A stretch of DNA of 63,391 bases, counting the filler, from Candidatus Fermentibacterota bacterium (lineage in GTDB: Bacteria; JAFGKV01), in NCBI GenBank assembly GCA_016928395.1. It is 6 parts of 6 records of this genome, joined end to end, with 100 filler letters (N's around TTAATTAATTAA, not from the genome) between each part and the next. Parts side by side here need not be neighbours in the genome. Positions count along the whole stretch, not along the records: positions 1 to 18,534 come from JAFGKV010000212.1; positions 18,635 to 41,499 come from JAFGKV010000213.1; 4 more parts are not named here. One strand, given 5' to 3'. Numbering within the stretch: the stretch's first letter is position 1; each line of letters begins with the position of its first letter. The notes below the pieces were generated by a model. It did not search any database and had not been told where the DNA came from. It was given only the letters and a program-made list of their open reading frames with translations. A program made the translations under genes and the position numbers. Of the stretch, positions 11,593 through 20,958 are shown piece by piece.

Positions 11593-12750
11593 TCAGTAGT
11601 CGGTTCCCATCGGACTCAGGCGCCCCTCCAGCGAGGTCCTGCGGAGCCGTGCATAGCCGGGCTTGATAACCTCGTAGATGATTCGAAGGCGATCCTCATG
11701 GTGAATGAAGGCGCTCTTCATGGCATTGATGGTCAACTTTTCGAAATCGTTGAATCCCATGCCGAACTCGCGATGGGCCAGTTCCAGCTCGTCGGTGAGC
11801 GTCGTGCCACTCATGAGTCGATTGTCGGTATTGAGGGTGACGCGGAAACCGTACACATAGAACAGCCGAAAAGGATGGGCCTGGATGCTGCGGACTGCGC
11901 CGGTGTGAAGATTGCTGGAGATGCAAATCTCCAGGGGAATACGTTTGTCCAGCACGTACTGCGCCAGCCTGCCAACCTGGGTGACCCGGCCCTCCTCCAC
12001 CATCATGTCTTCGATCAGACGGACACCGTGCCCGATGCGATGGGCACCGCAGAGCTGGATGGCCTGCCAGATAGAATCCTTGCCGAACCCCTCACCGGCG
12101 TGAATCGTACTGTTGAAGTTCTCCTGCTGGATGAGGTGAAACGCCTCGACATGACGTTTGGCGGGGTACCCGCCCTCCTCGCCCGCCAGGTCAAACCCTA
12201 CAACGCCCTGGTCGCGAAAGGCCACGGCCAGCTGCGCAATCCGCAGGGAGTCCTTCATGTGACGCAACGAACAGATGATGAGCCCGAAGTCCACGCCAAA
12301 ATCCCGCGATCCTGCGTTCAGTCCGTCGAGAACGGCGCGGACCACTTCCTCCATGGAAAGGCCGCCGTTCATATGGAATACCGGGGCAAAACGCGTCTCC
12401 ACGTAGACGACGTTCTCCGCCTTCATATCTTCGATCATCTCATAGGCAACCCTAGAGAGATTCTCCTTTGTCTGCATGAGCGCGCAGGTATGGGCGAACC
12501 CCTCCAGGTAGACGGGAAGGCTCTTCTGGTTGGCGCCCCGGTGAAACCAGACGGCAAGCTCCGAAGGGTCATCGGTGGGGAGGCGGTCGTAGCCAACAGC
12601 CTTGGCCAGCTCGACAATGGTGGAAGGCCGTAAGCCGCCATCGAGATGATCGTGGAGAAGTACTTTGGGGAACTCGCGAAAGGGAAGGGATTCGGCAGTC
12701 AATGGACCTCCCGATAACTGGGTATCGTCGTGGGTTGGCTGACGAAACAA
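11593..12750 (-). CDS. add: Adenosine deaminase
   Basis: PKVLLHDHLDGGLRP, FDLAGEE, HAGE, RIGHG, LNTDN; exact start uncertain. Confidence 0.92.
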   Translation of the reverse strand: MFRQPTHDDTQLSGGPLTAESLPFREFPKVLLHDHLDGGLRPSTIVELAKAVGYDRLPTDDPSELAVWFHRGANQKSLPVYLEGFAHTCALMQTKENLSRVAYEMIEDMKAENVVYVETRFAPVFHMNGGLSMEEVVRAVLDGLNAGSRDFGVDFGLIICSLRHMKDSLRIAQLAVAFRDQGVVGFDLAGEEGGYPAKRHVEAFHLIQQENFNSTIHAGEGFGKDSIWQAIQLCGAHRIGHGVRLIEDMMVEEGRVTQVGRLAQYVLDKRIPLEICISSNLHTGAVRSIQAHPFRLFYVYGFRVTLNTDNRLMSGTTLTDELELAHREFGMGFNDFEKLTINAMKSAFIHHEDRLRIIYEVIKPGYARLRRTSLEGRLSPMGTDY

Positions 12751-13377
12751 TGCGCAGTTCGCGCCATGTCAACCGAAGGCCCTTAACTGCGTTGCTCAAG
12801 AAGCGCGGTGGGGGAGCTTCACTGGAGGTATCGTGCGGGCGGTTCCTGCCCTGACCATCACCGACACGCGACGACACGCGACGATCGTTGTTCGGATGGT
12901 GCGCGGGTGCCCTCGAACCCTCTTCGGAGACTGGCGACCGAAAGGCCTCCAGAGGTGTCGACCCTGACCTGCGATCGTGTTTGCGTCGCACTAGGTCATG
13001 CCATACATTGAAATATCGAATCGGAGGTGCTGGCTGCGATGCGAGTGCCGGGGTACCGTGTCACTCTCGAGCGCCCATGCACATGGATCGTGGAAGATGC
13101 CGCGGCCATCGGCGCCTTGGTGGTCTGCGGCACGGGAGGTGTGAGATCCAGGAGCTGTCAAGTACAGCGTCTCTCGGCCACCATCGTAGTGGCTTCGCTG
13201 TCATGCTCTCCCGCAGTCAAAGACGAGGCAGTAGGCACATGACGGCAGCGTTCAACACGCCTAGCATTTCGGTCTTGGTTGCGGGCACTGCGGATGCAAG
13301 GCGCCGCACGATGCCGAATGCTCGTTCGTGCAGTCTTCGGCCCAGCGAGATGTGCACTCGACAGAAGAGGTGAACCC

Positions 13378-14814
13378 ATGAAGAGCCGTTTCCCCATACA
13401 GTCGAAACTTTTTCTCAGTCACTTCATCGCGGTGGTGCTGGTGTCGGGAAGTGTGGGCTCCTACTTCTACTTCAGCGCCGTGGGGAGTCTTCTTCAGAAT
13501 CTTCAGCTTCGGCTTCAGAACACCGCCGCACTGGTGAGTCAAGTCGTCGATGCCCCAACGATACGGGATATCCGAACGGAAGCGGACATTGCTCGTCCGG
13601 AGTACGACGAGGCCTTGCTCAAGCTGAGGGATCTGAGGGAGACCAATCCCGACATCGCATTTCTTTACATCATGCGCCTTGAGAACGAGCGGATCTACTT
13701 TGTTGTCGATTCCGATGAGTCCGCGGAGCAGGCTCCCCCGGGTCGCGAGTATACCACCGTGATCCCATCTTTGCGCGCGGGCTTTAGCGGTGCCTCGGTT
13801 GATCGGCGGATCTGGACGGACGAATGGGGATCGTTCATGTCGGGGTATGCGCCTCTGAAGAACGGGCTGGGTGAGTTCCTGGTTGGAGTTGACATGCGGG
13901 CCGATGAAGTGGAGGAGAAGCTCGGTACGATCAGAGTGGCCGGGCTCATCTCCCTCTCCTGTTCTCTCATTCTCGCGTTTCTGTTCAGCCGGCTCCTCTC
14001 CAGCCAGTTCACGCGACCCGTCGGCATTCTCATCTCCCGATGCAACGCTGTGGCGGAGGGGCATCTGGAGGGAGAGGTTGACATTCACACCAACGATGAA
14101 CTCGATCACCTGGTGCAGGCGTTCAATACCATGTCCACCCGGCTGAAGCACAGCACAGAGGAACACCGTAAGGCATCCCATGCGCTGAAGAAGGCCAAGG
14201 AGGAGCTGGAATCACGGGTCACTGAACGGACGAAAGACCTCACCGAGGCCAACGAGAGGCTTGTCTACGAGATCCAGGAGCGAAAGCGCGCTGAAGAGGC
14301 GTTGGCCCTGGCCGCGCGGACGGATCCGCTGACCAATGTGCTCAACCGGCGGGCCATCGCGGAACATCTTCAGTACCAGCTCACCCGTACGGAGCGCAGC
14401 GGCGAGAGTTTTGCGTTGATTGTCGGCGATCTAGATTTTTTCAAGCGTGTGAACGACTCCTATGGGCATCCGGTGGGTGACGAGGTGCTCAAGGCGGTGG
14501 CCGAACGACTCAGGTCGGGCGTGAGGCGCCAGGATCTGGTGGCCCGTTGGGGAGGCGACGAGTTTCTTCTCCTTCTGCCGGAAACCAATCTGGAGGGTGC
14601 CAGGGTCGTGGCCGAGAAGCTACGAGAGCTGATCACCAAGGAGTCCTATCCCGGGGTAAAGAGAGATCCGCCGATCACCATGAGTTTCGGTGTGAGCGCA
14701 CACGTTGAGGGTCAAACTCCCGACGAATGCGTGAGACTGGCCGACGTCGCTCTGTACCGTGCCAAGGGTTTGGGGCGAAACCGCGTGGAGATCGGCGAGC
14801 CCCGTACCCGCTAG
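13378..14814 (+). CDS. Membrane diguanylate cyclase (sensor domain, HAMP, GGDEF)
   Basis: Two TM helices, HAMP (DELDHLVQAFNTM), TDPLT, RRQD I-site, RWGGDEF; AGAGGT RBS before ATG 13378. Confidence 0.93.
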   Translation: MKSRFPIQSKLFLSHFIAVVLVSGSVGSYFYFSAVGSLLQNLQLRLQNTAALVSQVVDAPTIRDIRTEADIARPEYDEALLKLRDLRETNPDIAFLYIMRLENERIYFVVDSDESAEQAPPGREYTTVIPSLRAGFSGASVDRRIWTDEWGSFMSGYAPLKNGLGEFLVGVDMRADEVEEKLGTIRVAGLISLSCSLILAFLFSRLLSSQFTRPVGILISRCNAVAEGHLEGEVDIHTNDELDHLVQAFNTMSTRLKHSTEEHRKASHALKKAKEELESRVTERTKDLTEANERLVYEIQERKRAEEALALAARTDPLTNVLNRRAIAEHLQYQLTRTERSGESFALIVGDLDFFKRVNDSYGHPVGDEVLKAVAERLRSGVRRQDLVARWGGDEFLLLLPETNLEGARVVAEKLRELITKESYPGVKRDPPITMSFGVSAHVEGQTPDECVRLADVALYRAKGLGRNRVEIGEPRTR

Positions 14815-14834
14815 GAAGTGAACGCCGGATAGAC

Positions 14835-15165
14835 GGATGATTCGATGATTGAAAAGATGGTGGGTTCATCGAACGTCCAACATCGAGCGGAGATTTGCAT
14901 CTGTGAGACAACATGGAAGGCTCGCACGTGTACTCCGACTCGAATGCCCGGCTCGTCGACTACGATTACGATTGCGACAACGACAACGATAGCGATACTG
15001 GCCCCGAACACGAGGCAGTAGTCAGCAGTAGGCAGTCAGCAGTAGGCAGTCCGGGGGCTTGAACTGAGAACTGAAGACTGTGACAACCAAGGACTGCGTA
15101 GCGTAGCGGAGCACGCAGTCCGGCCTGAATCCCGAAACCCCTCGCCCAGCGAGCCCCTGAACCCC
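14835..15165. repeat. Composite intergenic repeat copy B: mosaic of 8-, 7- and 6-mer tracts plus a GGACTGCGT...ACGCAGTCC hairpin
   Basis: 14902-15011 is homologous to 48157-48260; GTTCAGGCCGGACTGC junction shared with ~30274-30289. Confidence 0.8.
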
Positions 15166-15201
15166 GCTCGCAACGAGAGCCCAAGGAGGCGAAGCCGCAG
15201 C

Positions 15202-16887
15202 ATGAGTTCCGAGCCAAACAAGATCATCTACTCCATGGTCGGTGTGAGCAAGCACTTCGACAAGAAGCCGGTCCTGAAGGATATCTACCTCTCATACTTC
15301 TACGGTGCCAAGATCGGAGTCATCGGGCTGAATGGCTCTGGGAAGACATCCCTGCTCCGGATTCTCGCCGGAGTCGACACCTCATTCACCGGCCGAACCG
15401 TTCTTTCTCCGGGATACACGGTGGGGCACCTGGAGCAGGAACCGTTGCTTGACACGTCGAAGACGGTCGGGGAGATCGTGCGGGAGGGGGCGGCTGAGGC
15501 TTCGGAACTCCTGGAGGAATTCAACAGCATCAGCGGGCGGCTCGCGGAACCCGTGGATGACGACGAGATGACCACCTTGATCGAACGCCAGGGGATCGTG
15601 CAGGAACGGATCGACATGCTGGACGCGTGGGACTTGGACTCCCGGCTGGAGATGGCCATGGACGCCCTGCGATGCCCGCCGCAGGACACGCCGGTGTCGG
15701 TGATCTCCGGCGGTGAACGCCGCCGCGTCGCCTTGTGCCGTCTTCTCCTGCAGAAACCGGACATCCTGCTGCTCGATGAGCCGACCAATCACCTGGATGC
15801 CGAGACCGTTGCATGGCTCGAGCGACATCTCCGTCAGTATCCCGGCACCATCATCGCCGTAACCCATGACCGCTACTTCCTGGATAATGTCGCGGGATGG
15901 ATCCTGGAACTGGACCGGGGCCAGGGCATTCCATGGAAGGGAAACTACTCGTCGTGGCTGGAACAGAAGCGTACCCATCTACAGCAGGAGGAGAAACACG
16001 AGAGCGAACGGCAGCGAACCCTGCAGCGGGAGTTGGAGTGGATTCACATGTCCCCGAAGGGTCGCCACGCCAAGAGCAAGGCGCGTATCTCCTCGTATGA
16101 GAGCCTCCTTCGTCAGGAGTCGGAACAGCGCGCCAAGGACTTGGAGATCTTCATTCCACCCGGTCCCCGGCTGGGCGACCTCGTGATCAAGGCGGGCAAT
16201 GTCGCCAAGGCGTACGGCGAGAAGGTTCTGGTTGACGGCATGAGCTTCTCCCTGCCTCCCGGGGGCATCGTCGGCATTATCGGCCCGAACGGTGCGGGCA
16301 AGACGACGCTGTTCCGCATGATCGTGGGGCAGGAAAGACCTGATTCGGGCACGATTCGTGTCGGCGAGAGCGTGAAGCTGGCCTATGTCGATCAAAGTCG
16401 CGATGTCCTCGATCCGAACAAATCGGTCTGGGAGATGATCTCCGGGGGACAGGACATCATCCTACTCGGAACACGCGAGGTGAATTCGCGAGCCTACGTG
16501 GCCCGGTTCAATTTCACTGGAACCGACCAGCAGAAGAAGGTCGGCTCCCTCTCCGGCGGAGAGCGCAACAGAGTGCACCTGGCCAGGATGCTGACCCAGG
16601 GCGCCAATGTGCTCCTCTTGGACGAGCCGACCAATGATTTGGACGTCAACACTCTGCGGGCTCTCGAAGAGGCCTTGGAGAGCTTCGCCGGTTGCGCGGT
16701 CGTGATCAGCCACGACAGGTGGTTTCTCGACCGCATCGCCACCCACATCCTCGCCTTTGAAGGCGACAGCACCGTCAAATGGTACGAAGGCAACTGGTCT
16801 GAGTATGAAGCCGACCGCAAAGCACGGCTCGGCGCCACCGCAGACCAGCCGCACCGTATCAAGTACCGCCCGCTCACCCGGGCCTAA
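15202..16887 (+). CDS. ettA: Energy-dependent translational throttle protein (ABC-F)
   Basis: IIYSMVGVSK..LKDIYLSYFYGAKIG, two ABC domains, LEIFIPPGPRLG, C-terminal PHRIKYRPL. Confidence 0.97.
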   Translation: MSSEPNKIIYSMVGVSKHFDKKPVLKDIYLSYFYGAKIGVIGLNGSGKTSLLRILAGVDTSFTGRTVLSPGYTVGHLEQEPLLDTSKTVGEIVREGAAEASELLEEFNSISGRLAEPVDDDEMTTLIERQGIVQERIDMLDAWDLDSRLEMAMDALRCPPQDTPVSVISGGERRRVALCRLLLQKPDILLLDEPTNHLDAETVAWLERHLRQYPGTIIAVTHDRYFLDNVAGWILELDRGQGIPWKGNYSSWLEQKRTHLQQEEKHESERQRTLQRELEWIHMSPKGRHAKSKARISSYESLLRQESEQRAKDLEIFIPPGPRLGDLVIKAGNVAKAYGEKVLVDGMSFSLPPGGIVGIIGPNGAGKTTLFRMIVGQERPDSGTIRVGESVKLAYVDQSRDVLDPNKSVWEMISGGQDIILLGTREVNSRAYVARFNFTGTDQQKKVGSLSGGERNRVHLARMLTQGANVLLLDEPTNDLDVNTLRALEEALESFAGCAVVISHDRWFLDRIATHILAFEGDSTVKWYEGNWSEYEADRKARLGATADQPHRIKYRPLTRA

Positions 16888-16894
16888 AGGAACG

Positions 16895-17060
16895 GTGGAA
16901 TGGATGGATGGATGAATGGACGGCTCCCTTCGCGAGCAGGCTCGGGGGTTCAGGGTTCGGGGTTCAGTCGATCATCGGATGAGCGTCGACTGCCGCTCCT
17001 CCCTTTCGCAAAGGGATTTCCCCTTGAATGGATGGGACGGTGGAATGATGGGGATAGGGG
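16895..17060. repeat. Composite intergenic repeat copy C: GGAATGGA-type 8-mers and GGGTTC(A/G) heptamers
   Basis: Same modules as at 30220-30435. Confidence 0.75.
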
Positions 17061-17126
17061 GATGATGCGAGCGATTTGCGCACTAGTAGTGCCGGTGAAG
17101 ATGCCCAACGCTCCCGCTGAGGCGTC

Positions 17127-18044
17127 ATGACCGTTCCCGTGCTGCATGACTGCTGGGAAGCCTACTCCCTGCTGGACTCCGGCCACCGTCGCAAGCTGGA
17201 ACGCTTCGGTGACTCGGTGGTGGTGCGCGATGAGCCCAAGGCCTGGTGGTCACCTGATCTACCCGAAAGCACCTGGAACGCCGCGGGTGCGCGGTGTGAC
17301 GCAGAGGGTCGATGGCATCTCGCCAAAGACCAGGCCCGGGAGTGGATTCTAGGATTCGACGGGCTGACCCTTGAGGCAAGGGTGGCCGACACGTCCCGGC
17401 ATGTGGGCGTCTTTCCCGAACAGTCAGCCCACTGGCGCTGGATCGGTCAGCGCGGCCGGGCGGCGGCCGGCTCCCAGCCGACCATGCTCAGTCTGTTTGG
17501 CTATACCGGCGTAGCCACTCTTTACGCTGCATCCCTCGGGTTCGCCGTCACCCATGTCGATGCGTCAAAGCCCGCGCTTTCATGGGCCCGGCGCAATCAG
17601 GAGCTTTCAGGCCTCACGGATGCCCCCATCCGGTGGATCCTGGATGATGCCCTGAAGTTCGTGAGGCGGGAGCATCGCCGTGGGCGGCGTTACGACGCCA
17701 TCGTGCTGGACCCTCCTTCATTCGGACGAGGCCCGTCGGGCGAAGTGTGGAAGGTGGAGCTGGGGTTGCCCGAACTCCTCCATACCTGCAGCCTTCTCCT
17801 CGCAGACGATGCACGCTTCGTGATCTTGACCCTCTACAACCTTGACGCGTCATCGCTCATGATCGCCAATCTCATGCGGGAATCATTGGGCGACAGGGGT
17901 GGCCGGCTGGAGGCCGGCGAGCTGGCCCTGCGTCATGCGCACTCCTCCAAGCTCCTGCCCCTGGCTCTGTTCGGGCGATGGGCACAAGAGCCGTGCCCCA
18001 AGTCGAAACCCACCAACACTCCTGCCCCGAGCGCTGCCGGGTGA
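17127..18044 (+). CDS. Class I SAM-dependent methyltransferase (RlmI/RlmK-like)
   Basis: YSLLDSG..KLERFG, GVFPEQ, LSLFGYTG, VDAS, LDPPSFGRGP. Confidence 0.88.
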   Translation: MTVPVLHDCWEAYSLLDSGHRRKLERFGDSVVVRDEPKAWWSPDLPESTWNAAGARCDAEGRWHLAKDQAREWILGFDGLTLEARVADTSRHVGVFPEQSAHWRWIGQRGRAAAGSQPTMLSLFGYTGVATLYAASLGFAVTHVDASKPALSWARRNQELSGLTDAPIRWILDDALKFVRREHRRGRRYDAIVLDPPSFGRGPSGEVWKVELGLPELLHTCSLLLADDARFVILTLYNLDASSLMIANLMRESLGDRGGRLEAGELALRHAHSSKLLPLALFGRWAQEPCPKSKPTNTPAPSAAG

Positions 18045-18160
18045 ACAATACGCTCTCTGCGGGAGTACACTTGTTCCGAACTGCCCCGGTGGCGCAGGAT
18101 CGAAGCATGCGCACGAGGCCTGTATGGCGACACGGTGGCTTCACGTACGTGGGAGGTGAT

Positions 18161-18388
18161 ATGCCTGGGTCTTCGAATGGAACGGTTCCCTGGATTCTAT
18201 GGCCCTTCTGGGCGGTGTGGAAGCTGGTAGCGGGCATCATCGTGGTGACTGGACGGATCGTGGGCGCTGTCCTGGGCCTGGTGCTCATGATTGCGGGCGT
18301 CGCGCTCTCCCTTACGGTGGTGGGCGCCATTGTCGGCGTGCCGCTGGTCTTGCTCGGGCTGCTGCTCATGGCACGCAGTATGTTCTGA
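18161..18388 (+). CDS. Small two-TM membrane protein
   Basis: GGAGGT RBS before ATG 18161; 75-aa hydrophobic ORF (LSLTVVGAIVGVPL). Confidence 0.72.
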   Translation: MPGSSNGTVPWILWPFWAVWKLVAGIIVVTGRIVGAVLGLVLMIAGVALSLTVVGAIVGVPLVLLGLLLMARSMF

Positions 18389-18534
18389 GAGCGCCCGCGT
18401 GGCCGTCGACCACACCCAACTGCCCGGCGCACGTCCTGCTACCACTATTCTAATATTAGCCCAAGTTGAGCGATTGTGAGCTAGGGTTCTCCCACCTGTT
18501 GGTTTATCTTGTTGTGGTACAAGGACAAACAAGA

Positions 18535-18634
18535 NNNNNNNNNNNNNNNNNNNNNNNNNNNNNNNNNNNNNNNNNNNNTTAATTAATTAANNNNNNNNNN
18601 NNNNNNNNNNNNNNNNNNNNNNNNNNNNNNNNNN
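18535..18634. other. Artificial contig spacer
   Basis: 100-nt N run containing TTAATTAATTAA (stops in all six frames). Confidence 0.99.
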
Positions 18635-18722
18635 CCGATTTGCCACTGTGTAGCGTACTCTCAACCCTGAGAATTCTGAGGGAGCCCCGCACCCTCAGAG
18701 GCCGCACTGAACCCTGAACCCT
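18635..18722. repeat. Composite intergenic repeat copy D: GTACTCTCAACC unit plus heptamers
   Basis: Matches 27-95 and the reverse complement of 63271-63358. Confidence 0.9.
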
Positions 18723-18750
18723 TTGAACTGCTCGCGCAGTGATCTGGGGC

Positions 18751-19965
18751 TTAGCCCGCCGAGGCGAGACCGCGGCGCACTGTCCCGAACACTTTGTCCC
18801 GCAGACCCAAAGGCCCCTCCAGCAGTATGGCAAAGCTGGCTACGCGACCATCCGGTAGATCGAGATACCCCCCCAGACACGTAATACCACTGAGGGTGCC
18901 CGTCTTGGCCCTCACGCCATCGTGGAGGGGCAGCAACGATCCCGCGCCGTGGCTACGAAGGTAGCGGAGTACTGCGACCACCTGGCGGGGTGTCATTCGA
19001 TTTCCCCGCGACAAGCCGGACCCCTCTAGCACCTCGAACCCTGACAATCCCAGCTCGTCGGCGAGAAAACCCCTCAGAAGCGCAGTCCCATCTGCCATAC
19101 CCACCGGTCGGCCGAAGTGGCGCGAGGCCGCGCTGAGGAGGAGCATATTGGCGATCACGTTGTTTGAGTATTCCATCATAGCCGCGGCGGTGCCCGCCAC
19201 GGTCTGCAGACTATGGTGACGATAGACAAGAGCCGACTCCCCACGGCACGGGGCGAGCGCCATACTGTCAACCACCGTCACGCCGCGCTCACGCAACAGC
19301 TCGCGTAGCAGTTCTAGCCCGTAGAGAGGCGCCGCCGTCACGCCGTCCCGGATGGGAAGCCGGTGCACTCCTGGCCGGCCCACACGTCGGCCCATCTCCC
19401 TGGCCATGGGGGTCAAAGGTGTCTCCCACTCTCCGGGCCCCACGCCACCCGCATCATCAATGGACACGACAACGGTGTTGAAGTTGGCTGAGAAGGCGGA
19501 AATCCCCGCATCGTATGGGTTACTACTGGCTCCCCTTCCGTCCACCCTGAGGGGTTGAACAAAAAGGCCTGCATCGGCCGTCATGTGCGCAACTTCGGCG
19601 ACCCCGCGAGCCACCAGAGAATCCGCTGCCCTGCCCAGCGATTCGCTCACGAGAAAGGGATCTCCCCCACCGATCACACAAAGACGGCATGATGTCGGAT
19701 CATACGCGAAATCGGTGGCAATCCGGGTTTCCGGCCCCAACTCGTGCAATGCCGCCGCTGCTGTGGCCAGTTTCAGTACCGATGCGGGAATCCGGAGATC
19801 ATCGCTGTGCCAGGAGACCAGCACTGCCCCTTTGTCATCCTCGACGTGGACGCCGCCTACGGCCACCACCTGCGCAATGTCGCGCTCAATGGGGCTTGCC
19901 GAAGCCGCCAAGACGAAAACCGCAGCCAGGATCAAGGAAACAGATCCAAATTGTGTTCGGCCCAC
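18751..19965 (-). CDS. dacB: D-alanyl-D-alanine carboxypeptidase/endopeptidase (PBP4, peptidase S13)
   Basis: Signal peptide; PASVLK (SxxK), GGGDP, YSNN (SxN), EGSGLSR, KTGTL. Confidence 0.9.
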   Translation of the reverse strand: MGRTQFGSVSLILAAVFVLAASASPIERDIAQVVAVGGVHVEDDKGAVLVSWHSDDLRIPASVLKLATAAAALHELGPETRIATDFAYDPTSCRLCVIGGGDPFLVSESLGRAADSLVARGVAEVAHMTADAGLFVQPLRVDGRGASSNPYDAGISAFSANFNTVVVSIDDAGGVGPGEWETPLTPMAREMGRRVGRPGVHRLPIRDGVTAAPLYGLELLRELLRERGVTVVDSMALAPCRGESALVYRHHSLQTVAGTAAAMMEYSNNVIANMLLLSAASRHFGRPVGMADGTALLRGFLADELGLSGFEVLEGSGLSRGNRMTPRQVVAVLRYLRSHGAGSLLPLHDGVRAKTGTLSGITCLGGYLDLPDGRVASFAILLEGPLGLRDKVFGTVRRGLASAG

Positions 19966-20954
19966 CGGAAGATGGCCTCGACACCATCGTCAACCCCCAT
20001 CTGCGGCCTCCACCCCAGCACCTCCTTGGCCTTGGCGATGCAGCTTATGTAGACCTTCTGATCTCCCCAACGCCACGGCCCATAGTCCACGGACACCGGA
20101 GGCGTGCCGCGGGCTGAGGCCATGTCAAGCACCGCCTGAATAGGAATGGCCTGAGACGGCCCACCCCCGATATTGAGGATAAGACCGGGCGCCGAAGGCG
20201 CCACGTCCCGGGCACGAAGCAACGCGGCGACCAGGTCGCCCACATAGAGAATGTCGCGGACCTGGCGGCCGTCGCCATATACGTTGATGGGCCGGCGCTT
20301 GAGACATGATGCCGCGAAGTGCATCACCCACCCCTGGTCTTCATTGCCGAACTGATGAGGGCCGTAGATGCACGACATCCGAAACACGACACTGGGGATG
20401 CCAAAGATCCTCGCGTAATCGCGCACATACTGGTCGGCACAACCCTTGGAACAGCCGTAGGGGCTGTGGAAGTCGAGGAGCGTATCCTCCGTAAGCCCCT
20501 GGGGTAGTGACGGGATACGCCAGCGATCACCCGAGTCGACCACCTCATACTGCTCCAAACCGCCATACACCTTGTTGGTGGACGTAAACACCACTGCCGG
20601 ATGAGAAGACTGAAGGCGGCATGCCTCCAGCACATTGAGCGTTCCCAAGGCATTGACTTCGAAATCAGCCCGGGGGTCGGTGATGCTGGTCGTCACGGCT
20701 ACCTGGGCCGCCAGATGGAACACCGCGTCGTTACCGGGCATGATTCGGGCCAGGAGGGCGGCATCTCGGATGTCGCCCTGGACAAACGAAAAGCGCCGTG
20801 AATCAAGCCCCTGTAGCCATTTCAGATTATGCTCCGTGCCTCGGCGGCTCAGATTGTCGATACCGATCACGTCCTCGCCGCGCGCCAGCAATTCCGCAGC
20901 GAGATTGGTCCCGACAAACCCCGCAACGCCGGTCACCAGGTTCCGCATGGACAT
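19932..20954 (-). CDS. rfbE: NAD-dependent sugar epimerase, CDP-paratose 2-epimerase-like
   Basis: TGVAGFVG, HLAAQVAVTTS, STNKVYG, SPYGCSKG, FRMSCIYG..QFGNEDQGWV. Confidence 0.85.
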   Translation of the reverse strand: MSMRNLVTGVAGFVGTNLAAELLARGEDVIGIDNLSRRGTEHNLKWLQGLDSRRFSFVQGDIRDAALLARIMPGNDAVFHLAAQVAVTTSITDPRADFEVNALGTLNVLEACRLQSSHPAVVFTSTNKVYGGLEQYEVVDSGDRWRIPSLPQGLTEDTLLDFHSPYGCSKGCADQYVRDYARIFGIPSVVFRMSCIYGPHQFGNEDQGWVMHFAASCLKRRPINVYGDGRQVRDILYVGDLVAALLRARDVAPSAPGLILNIGGGPSQAIPIQAVLDMASARGTPPVSVDYGPWRWGDQKVYISCIAKAKEVLGWRPQMGVDDGVEAIFRWAEHNLDLFP

Positions 20955-20958
20955 CCTC

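Noticed and set aside
18535-18634. Recurring TTAATTAATTAA within N runs (five places)
   Set aside because: Artificial six-frame stop linker between contigs; ORFs ending in X...LIN are artefacts.
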